Below are positions 26,868 to 41,500 of a stretch of 64,000 bases of DNA, one piece after another. Numbering within the stretch: position 1 is the stretch's first letter; each line of letters starts with the position of its first letter. Location of the stretch: assembly GCA_951406725.2 (NCBI GenBank), contig OX597815.1, positions 28,768,001 through 28,832,000 on the forward strand, written 5' to 3'. Source of the stretch: Octopus vulgaris (lineage: Eukaryota). A program made the translations under genes and the position numbers. The notes under the pieces were generated by a model, which saw only the letters and a program-made list of their open reading frames with translations, did not search any database and was not told the DNA's origin.

Positions 26868-27383
26868 AAACAATGAGGGTGATAAATTGAATATTAATTT
26901 AATTAATATCAATTTAAAACCGGTAGCCTAGCATATAGAAAAATCTGAAAATTCAGAAAAATTGTAATACATGCGTATAATAGGGATGACCACTAAGTGG
27001 ACATCCAATATGCTAGAAGAGGATCACCTACGATCTAACTACAATAAAAAGAATGTTCTCTAGAGAAATTCAGCAAACACCACATACACATACACACACA
27101 CACGCACATACATACATACATACATACATACATACCGTTGCGCTGTGCAGTGAGGGTTGTGGATGCTTCGGCACGAATGTGTGACGTACCGATTTCAAAA
27201 AGTGGTGTTCACTGTCATCGATACTTGGACAGCCAGCCTTCCAATAGTGTTATGTATGTTTTTTTTTTTATATTTATCTATCTACCTGAGAAACTCTCTT
27301 TAGCTATTCTTTTCACTCCACGAATTCATGCACTCGCACACCAAAGCACAATTACGCACGTACACGCCTGTGTGTGCGTGTGC

Positions 27384-27430
<47 letters not shown>

Positions 27431-27538
27431 CGCGCGCCCGTGTAAATACATTCACACGATTGATCAAAAGATGGGCAGATATACATATAGATGTATATAC
27501 ATACATATATATATACACGCACTCATATATATGCACAC

Positions 27539-27642
<104 letters not shown>

Positions 27643-28309
27643 GGTCATATGTGTGTGTGTGTACATATATACATTACATGCAAATATATACACATACACA
27701 CACATATAAGGGATAAAATATTTGGTGTTAATTATAAACTAAACGGAATCGTAAGATTTCATCGGCTGGTGTTAGTTTGATACTACAAGTTTAAAGTAAC
27801 TGGATAGGCTGTATTGTATGGCAAAGTATTTTTAAATTGACGTTTTATGAAGAAGGATATCATACATGCAGCCATGCGATCATGAAACAGATATTACTAC
27901 ATTTCGGAATGTTGTAGGAATATCCACCATTTTCATCACGACTTGTATCTCCTTACAGTGATTCTTAACAACTTTCAGATAAACGTGACATTCTTGCATC
28001 TAAATAGACGTGTGAAACCTACAGCTGTGGAATTACACTCCGTATCCGAAAATAACAACAAAAAACGTCTCAAGACTTTTATTTTACGTACGCCTCATTG
28101 CAAATATGCAGTCGAGACATCATGAAGTTAACTAGCGAACAACAATATTGAATATTACGGTACAAGCGAATTAACTTTGATTTTGTTCTTGTTTCAGAAG
28201 TAAGATTAAAAGCTTGTTAGGAATTTTATTCATTTTTGTCCCTCCTCTTCAATGAAAAGGAAAACACTCCTTATATATAAGGAAAAACAAACATATCCAT
28301 TCTTTAGAA

Positions 28310-28715
28310 TATTGGTTTCAAATTTTGGCACAAGTCCAGCAAATTCGGGAAAAAGAGTAAGTAGATTACACGTAATCTATTCCAGTGCTCAACTGGTACT
28401 TTTTCTATTGACCGCGAAAGGATGAAAGACAAAGTCGACGTTGGCATAATTTGAACTCAGAACGTAACGGCAAACGAAATACCTATTTATTTACTACCCA
28501 CAAGGGGCTAAACACAGAGAGGACAAACAAGGACAGACAAACGGATTAAGTCGATTACATCGACCTTCAGTGCGTAACTGGTACTTAATTTATCGACCCC
28601 GAAAGGATGAAAGGCAAAGTCAACTTCGGCGGAATTTGAACTCAGAACGTAACAGCAGACGAAATACGGCTACGCATTTTGCCCGGCATGCTAACGATTC
28701 TGCCAACTCGCCGTC
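28310..28715 (-). mobile_element. SINE family 1 head-to-tail dimer
   Basis: Junction (reverse complement) AAATAG|GTATTTCG at ~28480. Confidence 0.85.
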
Positions 28716-29612
28716 TTATTTAAAAAGTGGTCAGCAAACCGTTCCAGAGAATCGAACCCTGCACCTTTCAAATTCTGGCTGAGCGCACTGTATCATTAAA
28801 CAAAGCAAACCATAACCGTTCTCTGGAATATTAACATTCGCTGATATGTTCGTTATAATGAGCCCCCATTTCTTTAATCGCCGTCATCATGGTCACCCAC
28901 TTCACCATCATCATCATCATCATCATCATCGTCGTCGTCGTCGTCGTCGTCGTCATCATCTTCTTCTTCTTCTTCTTTTCAATCAGTATAAACTTATACC
29001 GTTATCAGTATAAGTTTACTCCCCACTCTAAATTTGTATGAATAAACAGAATTGTTACCTACGGAGAGCGAAGTAGCCGAAGTACTAAAGTGTTGAACAA
29101 GGTACTCTTTTACGTTCTGAGTTCAAATACTGCTGTAGCCAAATTTGCTTTTCTTCATTCCGGGGGTTACCATTTGCTAACGCTACACAATATCTTTTTC
29201 CTTTCCTTGCTCTCCTGCCTATATAAATATGAGAAAATGACACGTGAGATTACCGGACAGAATGTTTTACAATATATAGTAGCGTCTCTGTACGTTCTGA
29301 GATCAAATCCTGCTGGGTTTGATATTGTCTTTTTATCTTATGAGGTCAATAAAATATATACCTGATATATACCATGTATAAATCGACTATGTTCCTTTCT
29401 CCTATCTTAAAACCTTCAATTTAAGTTACATGTTATTGTTGTAATTTTTGTTGGAGTAGAATTAATAGAGCGCCAGAAATGTTGTTCAGTCTTTAGTTTC
29501 GTTCCTTTATATTCTAAATCCAGATCGCATCTAAGTCAACTTTGCCTTATAATTTTGAATGCGGAGTCGAGTCCTGCGTGAATGCAAGGTATGCAATGCT
29601 TGCGTAACATAT

Positions 29613-29997
29613 GGATGGAAGCACTCCGTCGATTACGACGACGAGGGTTCCGGTTGATCCGATCAACGGAACAGCCAGCTCGTGAAATTAACGTGTAAGT
29701 GGCTGAGCACTCCACAAACACGTGTACCCTTAACGTAGTTCTCGGGGATATTCAGCGTGACACAGAGAGTGACAAGGCCGGCCCTTTGAAATACAGGTAC
29801 AACAGAAACAGGAAGTAAGAGTGAGAGAAAGTTGTGGTGAAAGAGTACAGCAGGGATCACCACCATCCCTGCCGGAGCCTCGTGGAGCTTTTAGGTGTTT
29901 TCGCTCGATAAACACTCACAACGCCCGGTCTGGGAATCGAAACCGCGATCCTACGACCGCGAGTCCGCTACCCTAACCACTGGGCCATTGCGCCTCC
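29613..29997 (-). mobile_element. tRNA-derived SINE family 3, full length
   Basis: Reverse-complement head GGAGGCGCAATGGCCCAGTGGTTAGGG..GGTTTCGATTCC. 11-bp TSD GCGTAACATAT. Confidence 0.92.
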
Positions 29998-30134
29998 GCG
30001 TAACATATATAAATAAGTGCAAATAACAGTAGATTTTAATACAAATCATTCAAGTTTATGAGAGCCAGTTTGTAAGAGAGTGCATACATGTAATATGGAG
30101 CCTACTTTAACAATATGATTTAGATTTTAAAACT

Positions 30135-30670
30135 GCATGTTCTGGTTTGGTTAAGGTGTTCGGCGAGCTGGCAGAAACGTTAGCACGCCGGGCGAAATGC
30201 GTAGTCGTATTTCATCTGCCGCTACGTTCTGAGTTCAAAATCCTCCGAGGTCAACTTTGCCTTTCATCCTTTCGGGGTCGATTAAATAAGTACCAGTTGG
30301 CACTGGGGTTGATATAATCGACTTAATGCATTTGTCTGTCCTTGTTTTTCCTCTCTGTGTTTAGCCCCTTGTGGGTAGTAAAGAAATAGGTTAAGGTGTT
30401 CGGCTCCCGATCATAAGGTCGTGAGTTCGGTTCCCGGTGGCGCGTTGTGCCCTTGAGCAAGACACTTTATTTCTTGTTGCTCCGGTCTACTCAACTCGCA
30501 AAATTGAGTAGTACCTGTATTTCAGAAGACCAGCATCGTAAACATTGTGTGTCACGCTGAATCTTCCCGAGAACTACGTTAAGGGCACACGGGTCTGTGG
30601 AGGTTTGACCACTTATACGTTAATTTCCCGGGCAGGCTGTTCTGTTGCTTGGATCAATTAGAACCCTTGC
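30135..30670 (+). mobile_element. family-3-tailed SINE interrupted by a family-1 SINE (30162-30388)
   Basis: TSD GGTTAAGGTGTTCGGC at 30149 and 30389, inside the host tRNA head. Confidence 0.85.
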
Positions 30671-31369
30671 CTCTGCTTCAAAGGTCAATAAAGTAAAATA
30701 CCAGTTGAAAGAGCTGAAATCCAATTAACAGATTTTTTTTTCTACCCCACTCCACTAAATTGATATCCTCGTACTCATTTAAGAAAAAATATTCATTACT
30801 ACTGATAAAATGATAAAGTGACGAATCAAAAGTATAGCTTTGAAATTTTTATCATCAGGGCCATACAAAATATTTTGCAGCATTCAGTTTCGTCCATCCA
30901 TCCCTTGAGATCATAAATCCAAGGATTGTCCCTTTGTTTCAGTTGTGTTAAAATTTAATTTCTGCATGTATGGGATCAAATTGTTTGACAACACCCGACT
31001 CCTACACATTTCTGGTTCGTACAAATGTAAGTAACCTTATATTATTGTAGTGGAGTGGCCAAATCAGTAATACATTCCTTACAATGTTTAATTTCCTCTC
31101 TTTACAATCTACATTCAAATCCCGTCGGGACCAACTTTACATTATATTTTTCCTTGGTCAACGAGTTCAGTACCGCGCTTATGTTAGAAATCATTATGCA
31201 GTTACAACTCTTTACGTTCTGTGTTCAAATCCCACAGAGGCCAACTTAGCTTTTTATATTTCAGAGGTCGATAAAAATAACTATTCTTCAAGTAATGGAG
31301 ATACATATGATCGACTATACACTACTCCTTAAAGAAAAAGAAAACAAACCTTGAGGCTTTATGTCTAAC

Positions 31370-31692
31370 TGGCATTCCGTCGGTTACGACGACGAGGGTT
31401 CCAGTTGAACCGATCAACGGAACAGCCTGCTCGAGAAATTAACGTGCATGTGACTGAGCATTCACACACACGAGTACCCTCAGCGTAGTTCTCGGGGAGA
31501 TTCAGCGTGACACAGAATGCGAAAAGGTTGGCCCTTTGAAATACAGATACTACACATTTTTGCCAGCTGAATGAACTGGAGCAACGCGAAATAAAGTGTC
31601 TTGTTCAAGGACACAACGTGTCGCCGGGAATTGATCTCACAACCTTACGATGATGAGCCGAATACCCCTAACCACTAAGCTACGCGTCTTCA
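31370..31692 (-). mobile_element. SINE with family-3 tail
   Basis: CGTCGGTTACGACGACGAGGGTTCC..GTAGTTCTCGGGGAGATTCAGCGTGACACA and a tRNA-like head. Confidence 0.85.
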
Positions 31693-31889
31693 TTGACTTT
31701 GTGTCTATGTCAAAGATAATTATTATTACTATGAGACTGATGATCGACAATGCGAGTCTCAATTCCAACACCATTTAACCTCTTAGGTAACAATTCAGAT
31801 GTTGTGTCAAGTACACCAATAACCTCTGGATTCATTGTCGCCTTTATCACCCACATATCTCCGTCTAGGTGCTGATATATTTCAATTTC

Positions 31890-32123
31890 GAAGGCGTCGA
31901 CCTGGCAGAAACGTTAGCGCGCCGGGCGAAATGCTTAGCGGTATTTCGTCTGTCGCTACGTTCTGAGTTCAAATTCCGCCGAGGTCGACTTTGCCTTTCA
32001 TCCTTTCGGGGTCGATTAAATAAGTACCAGTTACGCACTGGGGTCGATGTAATCGACTTAATCCGTTTGTCTGTCCTTGTTTGTCCTCTCTGTGTTTAGC
32101 CCCTTGTGGGCAGTAAAGAAATA
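31890..32123 (+). mobile_element. SINE family 1, full length
   Basis: 16-bp TSD GATATATTTCAATTTC (31874, 32124). Confidence 0.92.
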
Positions 32124-32169
32124 GATATATTTCAATTTCTTTGGTATCCGCTCAATTATCATATAGTTA

Positions 32170-33196
32170 TTCGACGATCTGGCAGTATCGTCAGCGCGTC
32201 GGACAAAATGCATAATGGTATTACTTCCAGCTCTTTTCATTCTGAATTGAAATTCAACCATGTTCAACTTTGCCTTTCGGAGCTTGCTAAAATAAGTACC
32301 AGTTGAGCAGTGGAGTCGATGTCATTGACTTATCCTTTCCCCTAAAAATACTTTGTCTTTCATCCTTCCGGGGTCGAAAAATCAAATACCAGTAAAACAC
32401 TGGGGTCGATGACTATTAATGATATTAATAATAATAAGGCGAGCGCTGGACGAAATGCTTAACGATATTTCGCAGCCGCTATATTCTGAGTTCAAATCCT
32501 GCCGAAGTCGACTTTGCTTTTCATCCTTTTGGGATCGATGAAATAAGTACTAGTTACGCACTGGGACTGATGTAATCAACTAGTCCCCCATCCAATTTCA
32601 GGCCTTGTGCCTACAGTAGAAAGGATCATTATTATTATTGTTAATAAGGCGACGAGCTGACAGAATCGTTAGCACGCCGGGCGAAATGCTTAGCGGTATT
32701 TCGCCTGTCGCTACGTTCTGAGTTCAAATTCCGCTGAGGTCGACTTTGCCTTTCATCTTTTCGGGGTCGATAAATTAAGTACAAGTTGAGCACTGGGGTT
32801 GATGTAATCGACTTGTAAACCCCCCCCCACAAAGTTTCAGGCCTTGTGCCTTTTAATAGAAATTATTATTATTATTATTGGTGAGCTGGCAGAATTGTTA
32901 GTGCGCTGGACGAAATGTTTAGCGGCATTTCGCCCGCCGCTACGTTCTGAGTTCATATTCCGCCGAGATCGACTTTGCCTTTCATCCAAAATTTCGGCGA
33001 CGAGCTGGCAGAATCGTTAGCACACCGGGCTAAATGCTTAATGATATTTTGTCCGTTTTTACGTTCTGAGTTCAAATTCCGCCAAGATCATCCTTTCGGG
33101 GTTGATAAATTAAGTACTAGTGAAACGCTGGGGTCGATGTAATCAACTAATCCCCTCCCCACAAAATTTCATGGTCTTGTGCTTATAGTAGAAAAG

Positions 33197-33250
<54 letters not shown>
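32170..33250 (+). mobile_element. co-oriented array of ~6 family-1 SINEs separated by (TTA)n
   Basis: Heads at ~32175, 32438, 32648, 32880 and 32996, with tails ending in ATTATTATT. Confidence 0.85.
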
Positions 33251-33765
33251 TAGTTGGCATTTATTGAGAACGTTCACTGCATTACTGAGTGCAGCTCTGC
33301 AAGCCTTGTTGAGTTTTACTTTTATTGACTGTACTCTTCGTAATATGCGTATACTACCTTGTAATGCTATTTTCTGAATGTTTTACATACTTGTAAGTGC
33401 TGGAGCTTTTGTTTATGTTGATAAATCATTTCTTTCTGTCTATAGCGTTATCAACAAAATGGTTGCTAGCGCTATTAACAGTAAGAAATAGAAAACAGGA
33501 CCGGTATTTGTTACAATGCACATTATCAGTTCATTAATTTTCGGCAATTTCAGAAAACTATTTTCTTCAGAGTAATTATACTTTCACACAACACAGCTTT
33601 CTGCATCTGTTTACCAACTTAGACACCTACTCTTCTAACCTTAATTACTATACTCATGTTTCCTTAATCGCTTGTCAATGCCACCAACTAAACAATCACA
33701 AAAGCACAACTCTTACCTCTATTCCTTTCTATCCCGAATGCATTTCAGATTCTAATTGTAATATA

Positions 33766-33957
33766 TATTTCTTTACTGCCCACAAGGAGCTAAACATAGA
33801 GGGGACAAACAAGGACAGACAAAGGGATTAAGTCGATTACATCGACCCCAGTGCGAAACTGGTACTTTATTTATCGACCCCGAAAGGATGAAAGGCAAAG
33901 TCAACCTCGGCAGAATTTAACTCAGAACGTAACGACAGACGAAATACCGCTAAGCAT
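33766..33957 (-). mobile_element. 5'-truncated SINE family 1
   Basis: TSD CAGATTCTAA(T/C)TGTAATAT. Confidence 0.85.
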
Positions 33958-34254
33958 CAGATTCTAACTGTAATATTCAAAACAATAAATAGTTTCCTTT
34001 CTGGTCATTGAGGGTTTCAATAAAAAGAATAACCTCACTATATCGTTAATCAACATGCATTCATTGAAGAAGCTAGCCAAGTCTTCCACCATCGCAACCC
34101 ACATGGTAACATATGTATAAATTTTACCGTATGATTAATCATCACAAAACTCAATGAATAAGGTTGTTTTCATTGACAAGACATTGCTACACATACGTAC
34201 GCATACGCGTGCTCGCATGCGCGCACACACACACACATAATACATATGTAGACT

Positions 34255-34675
34255 TACACCGCTTTGCTGACAATACAAAAGTATCACAGACAGTTAACCC
34301 TCCGGATTTTAATGCGAAACTACAGAAAGACCTGAACGCAGCTTAAAAATCAATTGAAGAAAAGAACACAGTCAATTGTTGAAAAATTTCAAGCTTTCCG
34401 CTATCACCGAGTCACAATCGGTGCATGACCTGGGAATCCACATCAGTAATGATGCATCATTTTGAGTTCAGATCACTAATATGCAAGCAACTGGCTTGTT
34501 GAATTCTGAGACCATTTACTACAAAAATAGGAAACCATATTGATCATATACAGAGCATTTGGCGCTATGTGGCGACCATAATTGTGGACAATGGTCCATA
34601 ACTGGACAACTGCTTCCAGTTATTGTCGCCTCGTAGCATCAAACCAACAGCGAAGCTCGAACCAACTCAACTCTC
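34255..34675 (+). pseudogene. decayed CR1-type RT fragment
   Basis: FADNTKVSQ..LQKDL..KFQAFRY..VHDLGIHISNDASF, colinear with 1520-1990. Confidence 0.7.
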
Positions 34676-34849
34676 ATAGTGGTATTCCGGTATGGCCACT
34701 ACATGTGACTGAAATATATAAAAGTAAAACTGTAAATGTGTGTGCGTGTGTAATATAATATGCACAGTGCGATGGGTAAATTGTCGTCGTTTTGTATTTT
34801 TATTTTGTCCATGGACTTTTTTTCATCGACTACACAGTATGGTAGGATC

Positions 34850-35205
34850 AGTATGTCTACCTGCTGGAAATTACAGTCAAAACTCTTATATAAATCGCCA
34901 AAATACACTGATGATATCTACAGAAATCAACCGAAGGCAGATCAGGTTAATAAAATCTCCTAACGTACATTTAAGTATTTGGACTCGCGTGGACAGGTTT
35001 CTGCACTGGCAAAACTATCGCCTTAGCTTTTTCGACATGCGTTACAATGATGGAGACCCCCAACCTAAAAATTTTGAAATCTGCGCCGCAAATGATTCGT
35101 TTTGCGCCGAAATCAATTACAGCCACCAGTGAGGAAGTTACCATCAATGTATCTTGGCGATTTAATTAAGAGTTTTGACTGTTATTTCCAGCAAGCAGAC
35201 ATACT
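34850..35205. repeat. foldback element with ~67-bp inverted arms
   Basis: 34850-34916 pairs with 35139-35205. The arms carry TGCTGGAAAT(T/A)ACAGTCAAAA. Confidence 0.8.
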
Positions 35206-35399
35206 TAGTATGTCCCTTGATAAATTTTAATCCTTCAGCTATTTGATGCTTTTCTTGGGCCTGCAATCGCCTATACTATTGATTCTGTTTTTATCATTTT
35301 TTTAAATAGACACACCAGATAATAACAGAATTAATAAAATGTTAGAAAATTAAGTTTTCGGGAATTATTTTTCTCGTGAATTGTTTGCTCTTGTATGGA

Positions 35400-35892
<493 letters not shown>

Positions 35893-36133
35893 TATACAGG
35901 GTTTGTCGTGCCCGGAGTCCCACTTTGATAGAAATAAGCATTCTTGACTGCTATTTCTATTTTTTCGGTATGCGGTCAAGCAACCTGTTGCCTGTCCCTT
36001 TTTCTTATATGCAATATATATACTGAACTTTACAGAAGTTCCTGCCGGTAATCGGCTATATTTACATACCGAATTCTACCAGTAAATAATTGTGGTTTTT
36101 TTAAAAACCTTTATAGAAATTATTTACTCTTAT

Positions 36134-36194
<61 letters not shown>

Positions 36195-36523
36195 TGCATA
36201 TATATATATGTGTGTGTGTGTGGATGTGGATGTATTAGTTACACACATATATATGATAATTATACTCTTTGTTTATGACAAGAATAACCCACAAACCTTG
36301 CTAGAGAGATCAACGCCTAGTAAGCAGGATAACCATATTCCTAATGTGAATTTGATTGCGGCAGTTGTACTTTTCAGCTGCTCTTCGCGAGCTTATCAGG
36401 ACAATCATGAAGAGAAAAACAAACACACGTGCACACACATACTTGTATACATGTGCATGCATGTGTGAATGTAACTACATATGTATGTATGAATACAAAA
36501 TGTGTGTGTGTATATGTTATATA

Positions 36524-38580
36524 CTAGCTGAATGGCCCGGCGTTGCCCGGGTTACTGCTGTTCTTATTCAGATTAGTAAACAATAAATATAAAGATATAT
36601 TCTCATAATTATTTGGAAATATCTATATTTTATAAAAAACAAATCCAAATTGTAATGATAAAAAAAATTCGAACTGAAAATTTGTCAATGTTGAAACACC
36701 TCAAGGTAAACAATATTCATTGAGTAATTTTTTTGTTGGTGTCGAATAAATTGTTGTTGCTTCCAACTCGCGAGCATCAACATAGAGTTGGCCGTGGGAG
36801 AAGCATGTAGTAGAGAGATCAAGTGCAACTATCCTGAGATTTGTTAATTGAAATACCAAAACTTAGTTTGAATGGAAGCTGAAGCGTCTTAAATTCAACT
36901 GGAATATCTGTAGGTATGAGAGGAATTTTTAGAATAAAGACATTTTCTCCTTTGTGACTACCTGTTATAATTGTTACTTGTAGGACATGGGGCTTCACGG
37001 AAGTAATAATTAAGCGACATGCGTTACACAGGTGAGCACCCATAATAGGAGCACCCAGTTTTAGTGTCATGTTATGCAGTGGCATCCCAGTGGGTTTAAG
37101 TGTGTTGAGAAATTCAACAGAGTATTGACAACCTGATGTCGATCGACTGTTGTCAATTGATCGAAAAGACATTCCTGATGTATCTGTTAACGTTTGAAGA
37201 AATTCATGATTGAGTTTATCTACCATTTCATTAGTTGAAGCTAGTATAGCTCTTTCACATAGCATGTTTACATCAGTATAATTGACAGATAAATTAGGAA
37301 ATACTTTATCCATAAGATACTTAAAAGAAAGTATCATTTGGCCACATGCAATTTCATGTAGCTGAAGTCTTGAGTTGAGTGCAAATATCCCATTACCAAT
37401 CTTAAGAAGCTCATATGATCACCTTGAAGAAGTACTCTCATATCGCTTGTAAGATGATGTTTTTTCACGTCTCCAAAGGTACGATTTTTTGAAGCATGCA
37501 TTGATCTCATTAACTTTTGACGAAAATGTCCTGCACGAAGAACCGTTACTCCTCCCGTGAGCGTGCTATTGTTTTTTATGTCTTAAAGGGTGCGGTCAAA
37601 TACCTCTGGAGCTCCACGATGTAACATAGTGCACTCATGCCAAACAATGAAACAAGTTTGTTGAAGAACTGTTGCCATTGTAGAGATTTTGGAAATGTGC
37701 ACATCTGAGATTCTTTCATTGCAATGTTTAGAGGGAGCTTGAACATGGAATGAGCAATTCTTTTCTCCATTGAGGAGGGTAGCTGCAATATCAGAAGATG
37801 CAACACTGGAAGAAGGTTAGATTTTATTTCCTCCCATTTAGGATTGCAGGTGAAAGTAGCAAAAAGATCTGGTTTTCCATATGTCCTGACACATGTCCTA
37901 GCATCTTGTGTTTGTTCATGCAGATATCAAGGACCACCTGTGAATGATGATGGAAGGATTATATGTTGCCCCATGTTTTGAATATCACCATCATCATCCT
38001 CAGAGCATCTTGGAGATGAACATAATTTTTAGCCCTTAACTTTTTTTTGATTGTTACAAATGTAGAGGAGGTGCTGACTCTCAACTTTAGCATACATATC
38101 AACCAGGTATTGCCGAAACAGATCACGATACATGTGTAATTGATTTGATTGTTCTGGTCTTAACATCAGTTGGTAAGAATAGAAGTCATTCAACGACATC
38201 TCTTTGTTTGTAATTGGCTTTGTTGTTGCAGGTTCAATCTGTGAAATATTGAATTGATATCCACCTTGTCTATTCCACAAGATAAGAGGATTCTGGAGAG
38301 CATCATAAAAGAGATGAGTCTCTGAAACACGTTTAAGGTTGTTATCTCGAGCGGAGACCCCCTTCCGTCACGAATGACCATGGGTTTGCACCTAGAAAGT
38401 TACCCTCCCAGTCGCCCATGCATACCAGCCTCCTCTCTCCACGCCACCGATGTTATCCAAGGGAAAGAATTATCTCGAGCAAGAATAAGAATATCACGAT
38501 TTTCATGGGGATCACCTACCATTAGGATGGCTACTTCATTAGATGTGGGTTCATTAAAACGGTGTAAAATGTCCTTTACT
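36524..38580 (-). mobile_element. Helitron, internally deleted, pseudogenised Rep/PIF1-helicase
   Basis: 3' end hairpin CCCGGGCAACGCCGGG plus CTAG|T. Helicase peptides ERAILASTNEMVD..EFLNTLKPTGMP..LKLGAPIM..QLPFKLSFGISINKSQ. Rep peptides FNEPTSNEVA..RDI, QYLVDMYAKVE and TFTCNPKW. Confidence 0.95.
38353..38469 (-). mobile_element. 117-bp retroposed fragment inserted in Helitron Rep
   Basis: 11-bp TSD TTATCTCGAGC (38342-38352, 38470-38480). Removing it restores RDILILARDNNLKRVSETHLFYDALQNPL. Confidence 0.85.
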
Positions 38581-41500
38581 ATAGTTTACTATAGACGTAA
38601 CGAACGCGCTCATAGAATTGATAATATTGAAAACAGCAAAGAGCACACACGTGAAGTTCAAGCGAAGCGAAATATGGTTGATATACGTGCAACACACTTT
38701 CTGTAGCATAATTATACTATAAAAAGTTTTTTTTTTTAGGGAATATTTTCAAAAGAAATATTCCATCGTTGGAAAGTCACCAAGATTACAATGTGTCACC
38801 AAAGTAACGAAGTACAGAAAGTCAACATTTATTTGGAACATGTAATAAATGTTATAAAATTCAGGATTGAATGTCACGGTGAAGAAAGTCAAGCTCCAAG
38901 AAAATTCAGAAGGCATAAGACTATTTTTTATACAAAAATAATTTATTTTACAATTTTTAAATGAACGCTTTCTTCAGATGGTTACTACAATGCTTTTTAA
39001 CGAGGACTATTGTTGTTTTGGGAAAATAGAAATTAGATCTGATTGTTATTTCTTTGACAAGTTATTTATAAGTAAAACTTGTTACAGATGATCGTTGGAA
39101 CCATTTTGTAATTTCGCCAACAGTACTTCTGCTACTCTAAGATATTTTATATCCATATTTGTAATTCTTTTTCTCTTTCGCCCCTCTCCCTTTCTTTTAA
39201 CAACTGCTAGTAGTGTTTCGATATTAAGGTATTTCCCCGTTTTTTGGGGGGGTTTTTTTGCTGTTTTTTTTTTAACATTAACACATATATACACGTATTG
39301 TCAGTGACAATGTGAGCTACTGACTTTCAGGAAGGCAGAAACAAGAGGCGATGTTTATTTCTTTGACAAGGTAATTAGAAATACAGGTTTAGAAGAAACA
39401 ATTGCAACTGAGAATTGAAACCGAGCGGTAACTTCACCTCGCAAGAGTCTTATTACGATTCTAAGATACCATTTTAGCTCCTTACAATTCTGTTTCTTTT
39501 TCTCTTCCCTTATTCTAACTTTATTCTTTATTCTAATAGCATCTTGGCATTGTGATACCTTCTCGCTTTCTTTTTACATCGACTTACTCATATATTTGAT
39601 ATATATCACCCGAAACCACGTGATCTACTCTTATCATTCGCTGTAACTTTTTCCAATCAATATTTCATGCGTATTCTAGAATTTTTTTCTTTCTATCCTA
39701 TATACGGCCTCAATAATGTTTCCGTATAAGTAGTCAATTATTCTGTCTAGTACAAAGGTGTGCGTTTTTGTGGTTTGCTACATTAACGTTTTCCAAAGCT
39801 ATCATATTTACGCGTAAACAATTCGTTTAGTTTTGATTTTCTCATATTTACCCATATCAAAATCTCTAATTCACATCACTGCCAGGAAGTGAATAATCTG
39901 CTTCTCTTTGAAATAACCAGTATTTCTTTATATATTTCCTTGTTCCGTGCGATTCTCATTCACTCACATCGCAGCTCTGTCATGCAAACCAAATTCAGAC
40001 GTGTAAATGGGTTGCACAGTGATAATAATCGCACCTACAAAATAATGCCGCATCGATTTAGCACCTTATAATTAGACAGAAACGTGAAAATGCCGTGTTA
40101 TTCTCAATAGTCGCAACAATAATCGCATTTGTAAATAGCAACGATTATATTTCCCTTTAGATTTTTACAGAGATTTTCTTCCATCACTTAATATAGACAA
40201 ATTGCATAGATTATGAAAGATCGCTTGTCCACCATTTCAAATATCTCCGCCAAAATCAAATTACAGAGATTTTATTTTCAGTTATTATACCTGGTTACTT
40301 TGTTTACTGTTACGGTGTTTCCGGGAATTATGGAACCCTAGCGATGTTGTGTTCGTTGTTTTATGAGCTAACCTGTTGCTATGTTACACTCTTCCTGTCA
40401 GTACAGTACTTTATCTCTATCTATTTCAAACTGATATATCTATTTCTGGTATTTCCTTAAGATATTAAACATTTCGCTTGCTGTTTCGAAGGAGTGTTGG
40501 TATTGGGCGTTTTTTTTTTTTCACTTTAGCGTTTAATCGACATTTTTCCGCTTTGCATATTCACAAATATGCTACCGATCCTCTGTGGCTATTTTAATTT
40601 TGTTCTTGGTATTTTCAGTGCAGTAACATTTTGTGTCAATAATAGCTTATGAACAACTTGACTACTGGCAGTTTTACGTAATTCTATAACACACGGCGTC
40701 ATTTAAATACGGTTTAACATTCATGAACCTTCTACATCGTCGTGTTAATTTGTCCCTGTGCTAAACTTAAATTAGCAACTTTGCTGCACTTGTTTTCTTT
40801 GTCACCTTGTTTATTGGCCTCTGAGGGTTAGTGTCAAATACGCTATGTCCTCCTTAGTAATGAAACAGCATTAAATAAAAATCGCCATCTGAGTATCATT
40901 ATAAATGTATACCCACAGTTAGAGGGCTTGATGTTGTGGATTTGTTTCAGGTAAAACATTTTCATAAACTTGCTATGTTAAAAAAAAAACAGTACATATT
41001 GGCGCAAGACGAACATCATCACTTCAGTGACACACAAGAATGACAGATACATTTCACCTTTCTTGAGGCTTGTCAGTGCTGCGTCCGTTCATCTTTATTT
41101 CGGTGCTCCGAACTGACAGAATCACTGAAGTGTCAAACACAATAACTTGCAGTATTTTTACTAGCTCTTTACGTTCTGATTTCTGCCGCGTTTAACTTTG
41201 CCTTTCTTCCCTCCGTGGTCGATAAATCAAAGTATTAATGAAGTACTGAAAGTGATGGCATAGACTAAACCCCCTCCCTTAAAATTGTTAGTCTCGTACC
41301 AAAATTTAAAACAATTGTTTATTTATTTATTTCCATATGTGTGTGCATATGTATGACTATGCATGTGTGTGAGTTTTTACATATTGATGAGGATAGGGAT
41401 GGAACCAAGTAGAATATTTACATGGTGTGGTTTATGTGCATCAGTACAACTAAAAGAATAGAGCTAAATGAATAATTATATATATATATAAATTAAGAAA

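Noticed and set aside
26870-26930. TGATA-hairpin-AAAACCGGTA-GCCT
   Set aside because: Too many core changes to call a ribozyme.
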